A stretch of 60,362 bases of DNA, filler included, from Hausera hauseri (lineage: Eukaryota), in assembly GCA_046269625.1 (NCBI GenBank). It is 12 parts of 12 records of this genome, joined end to end, with 100 filler letters (N's around TTAATTAATTAA, not from the genome) between each part and the next. Parts side by side here need not be neighbours in the genome. Positions count along the whole stretch, not along the records: positions 1 to 4,383 come from JBJURY010607999.1; positions 4,484 to 8,516 come from JBJURY010805754.1; positions 8,617 to 13,326 come from JBJURY010465467.1; positions 13,427 to 18,625 come from JBJURY010309387.1; 8 more parts are not named here. One strand, 5' to 3'. Positions within the stretch are counted from its first letter, which is position 1; each line of letters begins with the position of its first letter. The notes beneath the pieces were generated by a model. The model saw only the letters and a list, made by a program, of their open reading frames with translations, did not search any database and had not been told where the DNA came from. Of this stretch, positions 1 to 13,565 are shown one piece after another. The position numbers were made by a program, and so were the translations under genes.

Positions 1-181
1 CCGCGTAAATGGGTACGTGGCCAGCATAATGTGTTGTCATCTCTACTTTCCCAGAAAATTAATGCAGGTACCAATTATGTTAGGATGGGTGTCCCATGGA
101 GCTATTTTATTCGAAAAAACATTAAATCCCCCAGGAGAAACTGTACCACTTCTGCAGTGTATTCTTTTCCATATGACATAA

Positions 182-3100
182 TTTTATAATAGACGTAATG
201 TAAAAAATGGTGGGGTTTCAATATTTGTCAAAAAGTCTTTGGTCGATCAAGTTTGTGATTTCCCAGTTACAAGTGACGAAATTAATTTCGAATGTTGTGC
301 TATTAAATGCACTAAACTCAACCTAATTATACTCACTGTTTACAGGTCCCCTTCCGGTTGTTTTCAATCATTTCTAGATTACCTATCAAATACGCTATTT
401 CAAATTCCTTCTAATTTTGATACCATTCTCTGCGGGGATTTTAATGTTAATACTCTTGAGAAATCTAACTATATGACATTAGAGTTTATTTCCCAATTAG
501 AATTAGCGGGTCTCCATACTACAATACATTCTGCTACAAGAATTACGAATACAAGCAGTTCTTGTCTAGATAATATATGTACAAACATAGCTAAAAGTAA
601 TTTTCGAGCTTATTGTGTTGAAAACGGACTTTCCGATCACAACGCACAAATATTAGATATTTCTCTTTCTAGGTTAGTCAGCAAAGGTAATGAATTTTAT
701 TATACTTATAAAAGGACTATTAACGGGGATTGTATAAAGAAACTGAAAGAATGTCTGGAAAATGAAACCTGGGAATCATTAAATTGTATAAATGATTTCA
801 ATGAGAAATTTTCAGCTTTCATAAATATATTTCAGAAATATTACTTTACATCTTGTCCCTTATTAAAGAAGAAACAATATAAATTCCAAAAAAACAACGC
901 ATGGATAACTAAAGGTATTATCAAGTCTAGTGCAACATTACGAAATCTTAGAGAACTATCGAAATACAACCCTTCTGTGGAATTTCTATCATATGTAAGA
1001 AATTATAAAAGGGTTTACTCTAAAGTTATTAGGCAAGCTAAAAGAATTCACAATGACAGCCTTATACAAAATTCTAGTAGCTCCAAAGCCTTATGGAACA
1101 TAATAAAAACAGGTACTGGCGTCACGAATAAGGGTACTGAAAAAATCCCAAAATCGGTCATTGACCCACAAACCAGGGAGCCTTTGAGCGGTCCTTCTCA
1201 GGTAGCTGAAGGGTTCAATAGATTCTTTGCCAATTTGGACAATTTCTCGTTCTCCCGTCAAACTAGTCATAGGGTATTGACCCTTAAACATACCATAACC
1301 CACTCTTTATTTTTAGCTCCAGTAGATATACATGAAGTTAAAAACTCTATTTTAAAAATAAAAAGTAAATATTCTGTTGGAACTGATGAAATACCGTCCA
1401 ATATACTTAAGGAAGTTTTGGATTACATTGCGCCACCCCTAACTTCACTTATAAACGAATCTTTCTTATTAGGTGTTTTCCCTACCTGCCTTAAAACTTC
1501 AATAATTACACCACTCCATAAAAAGAATTCAAAAGACGACATGAATAACTATAGACCAATATCCATTCTATCCGTTTTCTCAAAAGTTTTTGAAAAGTTA
1601 ATGCAAGATAGAATAATTACATTCTTTGATAAATATAATATATTGACAAAATTTCAGCATGGTTTTCGTAGGGATATGTCAACTAACACGGCTATATCAC
1701 AATTTTTAGAAAATTTGCTAAAAAACATGGATAATAAGAAGGTTCCATTTTCAATATTTTGCGACTTAAGTAAGGCTTTCGACTTAGTTCCTCATTCTCT
1801 TTTAATGAATAAATTGAACTCGTACGGCATCAGAGGCCCAGCTTACGACTGGCTTCACTCATATTTATCCAATAGAAGTCAAACTGTTGAAATCTCATTC
1901 ATTGAAAATAATGTACAAAAAAGACATAGATCCAAACCTCTAAATGTAAGCCGTGGTGTACCACAAGGTAGTGTCTTAGGGCCCTTATTGTTCATAATAT
2001 TTATTAATGATTTACCAGATAATTTATTTCCATTTAATGTGACCCTATTTGCGGATGATACGACTATTACTATAGCAGATGACAACTTTTCAACATCACT
2101 AAATAATTCTTCCTTGGCAATGGTAAAAATGTCTCAATGGATGGAAAATAATTATTTGATATTAAATACTGACAAAACTAAAGCATTATGCTTTTCGAAC
2201 CGTCAGAACAATCATGATGAGAAAATTCCTTTTGGATTAAACAACTCCATCGATATAGTAAATAACGTTAAATTTTTAGGGATTTTACTTGATAATAAAT
2301 TGTCTTGGGACCAACAAATAGATGCAGTTTGTGACAAAATCAAGCCTTATTGTTTCGCCCTCAAAAGATTAAACAAAACACTAAGTACAAGTGTCCTACT
2401 AACTATTTATTATTCCTATGTTTATTCGCGTTTGAAGTATAACGTAACTTCATGGGGAGCTCTTAAAAAGACTGAGAGAGTATTCCGTTTTCAGAAATGG
2501 GCAGTAAGGTCAATTATGGGGGCAAGAAAATATGACAGCTGCAAACCTATTTTTCAATCACTTAATATTCTGACATTTCCTTGTATTTATATCTATGAAT
2601 GTGGAACTTTTGTTAAAAAGAATGGAAACCTCTTTTCCAGAAATAGTGACTATCATTCATATTCCACCAGACTTAACTACCTGATTCGTACAGAGCAACA
2701 CAGCACGACACGATACGAAAGAGGGCCTTATCATGCCTCTGTTCAAATTTTTAATAAATTACCAAATTCACTAAAGAATCTTGGGGTAAAATCTTTCAAA
2801 AACAATCTAAAAGCTTATTTACTTGAAAGACAATTTTATTCAGTTGATGAATTTTTTTCTGAAAACAATAATTAAGTTATAGTCAAAATTCATATCATTA
2901 CTTTACTTAAAATTTATTTAAAAATTTCATGATGATTATGAGTTTGGTGTAGACTTTTGTGCCTTGTGTGGCAAGAACCCCTGACTTACTTTCAGTCTCA
3001 ATTAAACTGTTACAAATAATTACTTTATAATTTAAAAATAATATATTTTTTGTTCAGCATTTCCTGATACTTGTTTATATTTATTTAGTACTTTCATAAG

Positions 3101-3520
3101 AATAAACAAAGTTAATTGACATCTATAAAACATAATTTTTTATGTTAAAATAAATATACATTGGGCATAAATCCAAAACTATAAATTAAATAATTAAATT
3201 TTCTTGTACGGCTTTTCTTTGTATTTTTATTATTTCTGTTGCAGACATTAAGAAGAATTTGATGAAGAATTTCTACTGTGATATCACATCTAATCAAAAT
3301 TATATAATAATATAGAAAAATCTTTTTTTTTGTGTGTGATAGAATTTTAAAATTAAATTTTTTCAAAATTGTAAGCTGTTTCAACAGGGGTTTTTGCTGG
3401 GTTTCCCTCTGTTTCTAGGCAAATGCCGAAACAGCCTTTTTTATTCCCAGTGGTAGATTCCTTGACGTGACTTATATAATGTATTTTATGATTGGTCAAA
3501 TAAACTTATTTATTTATTTA
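182..3520 (+). mobile_element. 5'-truncated non-LTR retrotransposon (CR1/L2-group LINE) with a 3' UTR ending in AATAAA + (TTTA)n
   Basis: EN-RT reading frame is open from 182 (GGVSIFV motif) to 2875; AT-rich 3' UTR; aataaacttatttatttattta at about 3499-3520. Confidence 0.8.
239..2875 (+). CDS. LINE ORF2: apurinic-type endonuclease plus reverse transcriptase (878 aa, N-terminus of the endonuclease missing)
   Basis: EN motifs VYRSP, GDFN, SCLDNI, SDH; RT motifs NYRPISIL, QHGFR, DLSKAFD, GVPQGSVLGP, FADD, FLG; no internal stops. Confidence 0.95.
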   Translation: MVDQVCDFPVTSDEINFECCAIKCTKLNLIILTVYRSPSGCFQSFLDYLSNTLFQIPSNFDTILCGDFNVNTLEKSNYMTLEFISQLELAGLHTTIHSATRITNTSSSCLDNICTNIAKSNFRAYCVENGLSDHNAQILDISLSRLVSKGNEFYYTYKRTINGDCIKKLKECLENETWESLNCINDFNEKFSAFINIFQKYYFTSCPLLKKKQYKFQKNNAWITKGIIKSSATLRNLRELSKYNPSVEFLSYVRNYKRVYSKVIRQAKRIHNDSLIQNSSSSKALWNIIKTGTGVTNKGTEKIPKSVIDPQTREPLSGPSQVAEGFNRFFANLDNFSFSRQTSHRVLTLKHTITHSLFLAPVDIHEVKNSILKIKSKYSVGTDEIPSNILKEVLDYIAPPLTSLINESFLLGVFPTCLKTSIITPLHKKNSKDDMNNYRPISILSVFSKVFEKLMQDRIITFFDKYNILTKFQHGFRRDMSTNTAISQFLENLLKNMDNKKVPFSIFCDLSKAFDLVPHSLLMNKLNSYGIRGPAYDWLHSYLSNRSQTVEISFIENNVQKRHRSKPLNVSRGVPQGSVLGPLLFIIFINDLPDNLFPFNVTLFADDTTITIADDNFSTSLNNSSLAMVKMSQWMENNYLILNTDKTKALCFSNRQNNHDEKIPFGLNNSIDIVNNVKFLGILLDNKLSWDQQIDAVCDKIKPYCFALKRLNKTLSTSVLLTIYYSYVYSRLKYNVTSWGALKKTERVFRFQKWAVRSIMGARKYDSCKPIFQSLNILTFPCIYIYECGTFVKKNGNLFSRNSDYHSYSTRLNYLIRTEQHSTTRYERGPYHASVQIFNKLPNSLKNLGVKSFKNNLKAYLLERQFYSVDEFFSENNN

Positions 3521-4234
3521 ACAATTCTATTTTGTATTGTTAAGTATTTTCACAATTTTATTATGAGGAACCCAATCCAGCTTTTCCCACCTTATGAACA
3601 ACAGCCAATCGTTTGTCTCTGTTGCCAAGCCCAGCTGGATGGCAGAGCTGAGATTCTATTTTTTACAGCGAGGAATCAGGTAGTGCCTTAACCATGCTTA
3701 CCATAAAATATGTGAGCACATCTTTAACTATGCCACTTAATCACTGCTTGATAAATGTTCAGGTGACGAGTGAATGTTTGACAGGTAGGCGGTGTGACTT
3801 CAAACTGACAAATTAGAAAGACTCTCAAAACCCTTTCATCGCAAGTCTCCTTTTAATATTTCATACCTTTTGTCATCTGGAATTCTGGGCAATGGTTTTC
3901 GCTAGCAAAGACAAAAGCTAATGTTTTTGAGAGCAGCTACTGTAATGACGAGTGTCATTTAGAGCTTAAACTATTGTATCTACAGCGCATGCACACGTTT
4001 AAAAGCTTTAAAAATGCTCTGCATCTTTTTCCTGAGTAATAATTAGACGGAATTGGAGATGGGATAAATGGCTCCTTGAAGGGATCCGGACCTTAAGGGG
4101 CCATTTGTTTCATTTAATTTTGAACAATTTAGGTCATCACATGTGGCGTACGTGATGACATCATCACGTTACGTGGGTGAAACCACGTGTTTTCGCAAGC
4201 AATTTAAGGATGAAAAATAAAGATTAAATGACTA

Positions 4235-4329
4235 CAAATGGCTCGTTACTGCCCGCGACTCGGCTCCTATCGTTCGTTGTAAAGAGCTGTTCAAAAGATT
4301 CGGATCGTTTGTGAACGTCGCATCACTAG
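4235..4329 (-). mobile_element. Probable terminal segment of a non-autonomous hAT-type DNA transposon
   Basis: Minus strand starts TAGTGATGCGACGTTCACAAACGATCCGAATC with gagcc/cgagtc subterminal motifs, resembling hAT MITE ends from memory; the other end was not found. Confidence 0.35.
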
Positions 4330-4383
4330 GTGTCTCCTGAGCTTCCTCATCACAGAGCACACCTCCCCAGCTATCGGCAGCAA

Positions 4384-4483
4384 NNNNNNNNNNNNNNNNN
4401 NNNNNNNNNNNNNNNNNNNNNNNNNNNTTAATTAATTAANNNNNNNNNNNNNNNNNNNNNNNNNNNNNNNNNNNNNNNNNNNN
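4384..4483. other. Artificial contig linker (44 N + TTAATTAATTAA + 44 N). The same linker occurs at 8517-8616, 13327-13426, 18626-18725, 22958-23057, 28134-28233, 33595-33694, 37816-37915, 43990-44089, 48345-48444 and 55787-55886. A plain 10-N gap is at 56197-56206
   Basis: Identical 100-bp block seen 11 times; the palindromic core puts stop codons in all six frames; the sequence on each side is unrelated. Confidence 0.98.
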
Positions 4484-4656
4484 TTCAATTATCAAATCAC
4501 TGTTATTTAAGTAATTAAGACACGCACTTTTCGCAGAATTTTAGAACATGGACAACGCACTATATACATTTCGAGTTGTCCATATTTCGAAATGTGTTTT
4601 CCAAAACAAAAAATTTTAATTTTTAATACATATGGTTAAAAAAATGTCACCGTAAA

Positions 4657-4873
4657 CTGCTGAGTTTCGTTATAATAACCCCCGGAAAATTATTTCTGGT
4701 GAATGCTGTTAAAAAAGTCATTATTTCAGACAAAATAAGTTTTTAAACTACTTTCTGTGGCATTTAATACGTCAAATCATATCGGATTGCTTTCTCCGGA
4801 TGAAAATAAGATCTCTGTTGGCTCGTAACGGCTACTATGTCAGGTAAAATTGGCATTTGGTAGATTATAATAA
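4657..4873 (+). repeat. Dispersed direct repeat with a near-identical copy at 8301-8516 and a more diverged partial copy at about 8035-8200
   Basis: Shared aacccccggaaaattatttctggtgaat...ggctcgtaacggctactatgtcaggtaaaattggcatttggtagattataata; 5895-5990 also matches 7952-8045. Confidence 0.9.
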
Positions 4874-5299
4874 ATATTTATCATTTAGATGTTACTCCAT
4901 GGATTTATACAGTTCAATAAACACTGGGGATCCCTCAGCTGATATACTCAATAATAGTCCACTGCCGGCACGATATTTTAATTATGTCATCATTACTATT
5001 ATTGTGACAAGGATGGAGTCACAGTGCTGGAGACAGCAGTCAGGTGTCGAATTCTTTTGCAGTGAAAGAAATTTTAAAGAAAGTATCCAGATGATGAGGT
5101 AATCAGTTAAATTTTCATTATTGATTGTTGCATATTTTAGACATGGCACCGCTGCATGCATATTGCAATAGAAAAAGGATTCTATAAAACTATTGACATT
5201 ATGAACGAGACAACAATCGTAAATTGATGTCGTCTTTATTTTGTGGATTAGCAGGAATTTCAGAACCACTGATAAAGAGGACCATTGTTCCAAGCCGGT

Positions 5300-5880
5300 G
5301 TAACAATCAGAACTGATGAATTGTGTACTTATAATACTTGACAAATTTTGTACCATCTACATTCGGATTAGTGACCTCGTCCGTCAAATACGACTAACCA
5401 ATAAGTTGATCACTGAGAGGCAAATTCACCATTGCATACAGATTCTCTGTCCCATAATATTAGCAATCAAAATCACACAAACCAATTATAAGCTGATTAA
5501 AAATAAACCGTAGTATTGCCTTTATCACCAGATAATAAAGTGAAATAGGTTTCCACTCGTAAAAACCTTGACGTCAATTTAGTTATCAATCCAAATTTGA
5601 TTAACGATAATGGCCACCCAAATTACTATATAAGCCGCTGACAAAAAGGGAAAAACAATTATTTAATTTCATCAAGTATTAATTTTTACGTCGACGTAGA
5701 TTCAGAATTTTTTTTCTTTACGTTCGCGATTTGCTCCACCAATTCAAAAAATACAAATAACAATAGTCTCAGTCACATTCCTGTACGCAGCCGTTTCGAT
5801 TTTGTGGATTCAGAAACCTACCGACCATCCAAGTGCTCAAGCGTAATATGGACAGAAAGAATCATTTCACTGCATGTTCA
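5300..5880 (-). pseudogene. Heavily degraded Tc1/mariner-type transposase remnant
   Basis: Fragments YYGTENLYAMVNLPL, LIG*SYLTDEVTNPNVDG and VSESTKSKRLRTG resemble conserved blocks of these transposases; many stops. Confidence 0.3.
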
Positions 5881-6787
5881 CGTCAGATGTTCATGAGAAC
5901 ATATTCGGTAAATTTGAAAGTTTAATTCCTTGTTGTGATTAAATTAATTAGTACTCTATTATAAATAATTTGAATTTGTTGTGTTATCATTTTGTACTTT
6001 CATTTCATATGGTGAACATATACCCACTGAGGGTATAGTATAATCCGATCCATATGACATCTAAATAAATGAAATCAATATAATAATCACACAAAAGATT
6101 TCAAAAATTAATACGATTGTTATTAGTAGGAGATAAAATAAATTACATAGTAAAATATTTTTTAAATGTTGTTTGTTGTTAATGTGTTATACATAGAATA
6201 ATCACTCACTAACTAACTAACTAACTAGTGTTACTGTTGTTGGTTCTTGTTGTTGTTTGTGGTGAGTATTAAAATTATTTTGCTGCGGTGGTCATTATTG
6301 TTGATGATATATAATCGTTCATATGCTGTGTTGTATCTTTAATTATGTATGTGGTGTGTTTGTAAACTAAAAAAAAGAAACAAATTAAACAATAAACAAA
6401 TTATCTAACCTTTATTGTTTTGTAAGTAATAGTAGTAAAATTATTTCAATTGAAAATCAAATATTTTTATCTTTATTTAAATATTCACTTGTTGAAAACA
6501 AAGTTCAAAACAATAAGTTAAACAATATCATTTGTCGTATATTGTTTATTGGTTTTTGTAAATTCAGTAAATGGTTCAAATGCCATTCTCGTTCGTTCGT
6601 TAGTCAGATTTACTGACAAAGTAATTGTTTAAATTATGTAAATGTAAACAACACATGAAATCAATAGTGTCGTTGTATGTTAATATGTTACATTTGTTAA
6701 ATTTGTGATTTGTTTAATGTAAAGTCTAATTGTGACTTCGTTCGTGTGTTGCTTTAGTATACGTAAGTAATTAAGTTTATATTTCAG

Positions 6788-7370
6788 TGCTAATAAAGGA
6801 TTTAAACCAAAACGAATGAAATACGACAATGATGAACTTTATAAGTTTACGACATACAATGATGAACCGTTTTCCGCCGATGATTTTATGACCAGTGAAC
6901 AAATTAAACAAGAAACGGCAGATTTGATTAATCCATATACGAAGTTAATTGAAGATAAGTATGATAATAACGAACGATTACGACCGCGGTTTAATTATAT
7001 CAATGATTGGGTCCATGATAATATATACAATAGCAATAAATTATTGTGTAATTATCATGAAAAAAATTTCAAGCCAAACTATATATCACCGCCAATTGAC
7101 AATTTAGCTTTGCCAGATGCAATCGTTCCGAGCTTAACATCAATGAAATATTTCAATCAAGAACAAAATGCCAATAATGATGATAAATCTCAATTATCAT
7201 ATTTTAAAACAAAAAGACATGATGATTATAAATTTGCAGATGCTTCGCCGGAAACTTTGGAATTTAAACGTCAGTTAAACAGTACTTGGTCAAGAATTGC
7301 AAAACGAAATGACTATATATCTTCACCACATTTTGACGTTACTGAACACCATCATGATTCTAACACTAGA
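6788..7370 (+). CDS. Probable exon of an unidentified host gene (N/D/Y-rich, low complexity)
   Basis: 191-aa ORF 6816-7391, preceded by a tttcag acceptor (about 6788) and ending at a gtaaagta donor (7371); no recognisable domain. Confidence 0.4.
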
Positions 7371-7619
7371 GTAAAGTATATTTATTTTTGATCATTAATT
7401 GAGTAATTTAATAATGTTTCAGAGGCCGCCCTCTGTTTGTACAATTTTTTTAATAAAAGTTTCCAACAATAACCATAATATTTGATTAATGACCTTTAAT
7501 TCAATATGATAATTTTGAAAATTAAATGGCCTCTGATTCCTATGCGCCGGGAGACCAACTAGGTGCAGGTGATTATAAAAATGTCACCGAACCGCCACTA
7601 AGAACCCACAATGGATTAA

Positions 7620-7900
7620 TAAAATGTTGGCAAAAAACTATATTGACCAGCACAGTTGTGACACAGACAAAACTTAAGAAGTTGGAGTTTGAGGTTATGC
7701 CTTATCCAGCATATAGTCCGGACTTAGCACCATCGGATTTTCATCTGTTCCGCTCGGTGGCACACTTTTAACGAGGACGCCATTTCAAAAATGAACATGA
7801 TGTAGAAATTGGCTGGGGTTTTGCTTCCAAAACTCCAAAATAATATCGACACTGGAAATTTCAGCTTTCAGAACGTTATTATCGATTATATTTTGATGAT
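7620..7900 (+). pseudogene. Mariner transposase C-terminal remnant
   Basis: EVMPYPAYSPDLAPSDFHLFRS signature followed by *RGRHFKNEHDV. Confidence 0.88.
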
Positions 7901-8616
7901 TAAATATTCGGCCGTTATTGTTTTCTTACTTAAAATGTTATATAATCCGAAAGAGAACACATCGGGTAAATAAGAAAGTTTAATTCGTTGTTGTGAATAA
8001 ATTAATTAGTACTCTTTACTATAAATAATTGAATTTCATTGTGGCAACCATCGAAAAATTATTTCTGGACAACACTGCTAAAGAAATTCTTATTTCTGAC
8101 AAAGTAAGTTTTTTAGACTAATTTCTGTGACAATTCAATACGTTAAGTCATATCGGATTTTTTTTCTCCGAATGAAAATAATTTATATTTTTGATTGGTT
8201 CATGCAAAGTTGCTCCTCGTAATACAGAACCGAAACTTAGTTACATCTAAGAATTTGATATCTGCCGAATATATATGGCCGAAACAATATGAATGGACAC
8301 TGCTGGATTTCGTTGTGATAACCCCCGGAAAATTATTTCTGGTGAATCTGCTAAAAAGGTTATTATTTCTGACAAAATAAGTTTTTTAAACTAATTTCTG
8401 TGGCATTTAATACGTCAAATCATATCGGATTTCTTTTCTCCGGATGAAAATAAGATCTCTCTTGGCTCGTAACGGCTACTATGTCAGGTAAAATTGGCAT
8501 TTGGTAGATTATAATANNNNNNNNNNNNNNNNNNNNNNNNNNNNNNNNNNNNNNNNNNNNTTAATTAATTAANNNNNNNNNNNNNNNNNNNNNNNNNNNN
8601 NNNNNNNNNNNNNNNN

Positions 8617-11030
8617 TCTGCTTTGATAATAGCAGATCGACGACCACACAGGCTATGGTGACCGGTTTCTAGATGCAGGAGTAGCGCAGTCAGTAACAAA
8701 ATCCCTTTGCCGAGACAGGGAAAGCTCGTTTAATTTGTTGTTTATATTGTTAATTGTTGCGTGTAGTGCAATATTTTCAGCACGTATCTGTGGTGTCCAT
8801 ATCGACCGTTGCCCTCTGGCCCATTCGGTTGGGCACGGCCGGGCGTCCGCTGCCGGCGAGTCGGGCGCATGGGCGGGTTCCAATATTCCTACTCTTCGCC
8901 ACTATAAAGAAAAAGAGAGCTTTTCCGACTATTCAATCTAAATTCAAATTTCTGTGACAAATTGTTTCCTACCACAGAATACAGTCAGATTCTGCGTTAG
9001 GAAATTTTTTTCGGTCTCTTCAGTTTTAAAGAAAAGGAGAAACATTTATCACTCGTAATTATCTAACTTACAATTCAGCTTTCCTGCCAATTCCCTCATT
9101 TTATCAACAGAAAAAATTTAAAATAAAATACTTAATTGCCTACGTATTGTGAACGAAACCAAAATTCAAATCAAATCAGCCTATAGCCCGAAGTTAATTC
9201 ACTTAACAGGATTCGTCGTAGTCTCAGTTCAGTTTGCCAAGTAATTAGTGCAGAATTTTCAAAATTTGCAGATCTTCGTTGTGTCCTAAAATTATCCAAA
9301 CTTCATTTATTCGGTAGAGTTCCACAAGAATTTACAATTACCGAAACTATTGACCATCGAAATATTCAGTTGCCAAATTTCGTGCGAGAATTGCCTAAAC
9401 TTTATTTATTCTGCGCAGAATTATCGAAATTCTTGGTATATCGTCATCTTTTAAAAGTTTCCGATTATAGAGAGTGCAGAGTTATCAAAACTGCCGCAAT
9501 ATCTAAAATTTCTCAAATTTATCTATATAGTACAGTGCTTTTATAATTTCAGAATTTTACAACCCATAATTTTTAGTTGAACCGACATTTTTTGATATTA
9601 CATTCTCTAACTGATTACTTTGAGTGGCAAATTCAATTTCATTAATCTTTCCGATCACAATTCATTGTAAAGCGGTTATTTTTTGACTGTATAATACACA
9701 GACTTCTCGCTGTTTAAATGTGATAAAAAATTATGAATTTGTTTACACGTCTTTGAAAGAAATAAAAATTTAATCAATTCAGCCATCTTCAATATTTTGG
9801 AAAAATTTTTTTAGACTCTGCTATTCGAATTGGTTCGATAATAATTTTATTTATAAAAATTGAAATTTGGATTTATTGGCTATCGGCAAATCCAATCGTA
9901 ATTCCTTTTCATTGGATTTATAGCGTGATTAATTCGGATTTTTATGACGATTGATATATTCTATACCACAATAGTATCTGGATGAGTTGTTGTTCTATTG
10001 ATATGTTATTGATCTGAATATCGTTAGGGGCAACTGCCCCCGAAACGACTGATGGGGAATGTAAGTGTAGAACATCATGTGTTTTATCGGCTAATTCGGC
10101 CAATTTTTCAAGAGCCGTGGAGTCCTCCACCACGGTAAGTAGGGCTCAAATTTGGATGTGTAACGCGTTAAGAAAGTAATGACGCAGTAGATCGGGGTTG
10201 TGTTCTTTAGTGACGCCGAGAATGTGCAGATGTGCCAAAGACGTGCGTAAAAATTCTGATGGTCGTTGTGCGCCTATAGAATTGTCGTGGAAGAAGCGTT
10301 GTATGATGGTGTCCAATGACGGTTCTGTAATTTTAAGAACAGCGTTGGAGAGCTGTGAGTGTGGGTCAGGAAGTTCAAATATTTCAAGGATGTTGTGAAT
10401 TCGTGTTTTAATGTTGTTAGGGAGTAAGAAGAGGAGATTGTATGCCTTGGTTAAAGAATCGGTGATATTGTTTGCCTGTAGCCACAGTTGATAAAATTGC
10501 AACCAAGTTTTGCTGGCGCCTTGGTTGTCAATGAAGAATTCGGCACAATTTAGGAAAAGGAGCGGAAGAGGTAGTAGGTGAAGGGTTATTAACGGAAGTA
10601 GGAGTGGGTTTTTGAAGTAGTATGACAGATTTTGGTTTTGTGGTGGTTTTATCAGTGGTGTCTATGTAGGGCGATGAATTCATGCCAAAAGGATGCGGAA
10701 GTGTATATGGAGGTGGATATAAGTTGAAGAAGGTTGCACGGTCCCAACGAGAGGTACCGTGGAGCCGTGGGGTGTGAGGTAAAAGTCAGGTAAGCAAAGA
10801 AAAGTGGAGATTATGTTGTAGATAGTAGCAGTGTTTAAGTGTGTTAATGCATTTGTGCAAATGTTTATTATTTAAAAAAAGAAGAGGAAATACGGAGAGG
10901 TCGTGTAGCCAGAGGCGTGTCGTGGGGCGTCAGCGAACGGTGCTCTCTGACCCAATGGCATAGGGTGGGCGGCCGGTACTTCAGCCTCGCCGCGGCGGAT
11001 AGCAATCTTTGGGCTAGCCGAGTTCCTTGT
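8617..11030 (-). mobile_element. Ty3/Gypsy (CsRn1-type) element: leader/LTR-like region plus gag (ATG at 10683), interrupted by a 1185-bp insertion
   Basis: gag motifs RPSEFLRTSL and LLRHYFLNAL...LEKLAELADK; resumes after the insert as QIRAENIALHATINNINNKL...SSICYY; leader 10690-11030 is homologous to 42150-42490. Confidence 0.85.
8789..9973 (+). mobile_element. Probable solo LTR nested in gag, with 5-bp target site duplication GTATC
   Basis: GTATC at 8784-8788 and 9974-9978; ends TGTGGT...ACCACA(ATA); GC box, CCAAT and TATAAAG at about 8871-8910; AATAAA at about 9122; removing it restores the gag frame (QLIQIRAENIAL). Confidence 0.8.
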
Positions 11031-11034
11031 ATGT

Positions 11035-12750
<1,716 letters not shown>

Positions 12751-12939
12751 TCAACAGCCAAGCAAAATGGTGTGTTCTTATGTGCGCAAACGGCCGTCGG
12801 TAAACCTGGTTGAGGAAAAACAGATACGCATCTGGCTAGAGTTGATGGGGGTTCGTTGGCGGTTATATCAAGAAAGTAGTTGGTATCAACGTGCAGATCA
12901 TTAGCACCTGTTTGCAAAAAGGGGTAGAATATATATTCA

Positions 12940-13326
12940 ACAACAGATAGCATACAGTCTCAACAAACCTGTGAAGAAGAGATTTCCAACAAGGAAGTAC
13001 CTGTCCAAGTCTGTGGATTGGATGTGGCAAATGGATCTAATGGAGATGATTCCATTGGCTAAAATAAATAAAGGAAACAGATATATTCTAACATGCATTG
13101 ACACATTAAGCAGATATGCTCGTGCAGTACCTGTAAAGAGTAAAAGTGCAAAGGATATATCAGATGCCATTCAAACAATCATGAAAGATGTTCAGCCAAG
13201 ATTTGTGCAGACTGATTTAGGCAAGGAATTTTATAACAGTAAAGTAAAATCTGTGTTTGACAAGTATGGAATCAAACATTATTCTGTGTTTTCAACATAC
13301 AAGGCATGTATTGTTGAACGATTCAA
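12940..13326 (+). CDS. Polinton-type retroviral-like integrase fragment (a different family from 25021 and 50181)
   Basis: AYSLNKPVKKRFPTR, WQMDLMEM, YILTCID, QTDLGKEFYN, KACIVERF. Confidence 0.9.
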
Positions 13327-13426
13327 NNNNNNNNNNNNNNNNNNNNNNNNNNNNNNNNNNNNNNNNNNNNTTAATTAATTAANNNNNNNNNNNNNNNNNN
13401 NNNNNNNNNNNNNNNNNNNNNNNNNN

Positions 13427-13565
13427 ATGTTGACAGAAGTAATATATAGCTAGCAACTCCTTTTGTGTAATGCAATAGCCCTTTTCGTGATTATTCATTC
13501 CGTATGATCCATATGCAATCACTCTTTCATGTCCGGTGCTGTCTTTCTGTGATAATACTGCTCCA
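13427..13565 (-). pseudogene. Ty3/Gypsy RNase H fragment
   Basis: GAVLSQ...ERVIAYGS...EKGYCITQKELLAIYYF. Confidence 0.88.

Noticed and set aside
1-150. Possible inverted SINE remnant (also about 3385-3435)
   Set aside because: Only a vague resemblance; no clear A/B boxes or boundaries
7420-7530. Possible degenerate ETS-like exon (RGRPLFVQFF) after the 6816-7391 ORF
   Set aside because: It stops immediately and no further ETS motifs follow
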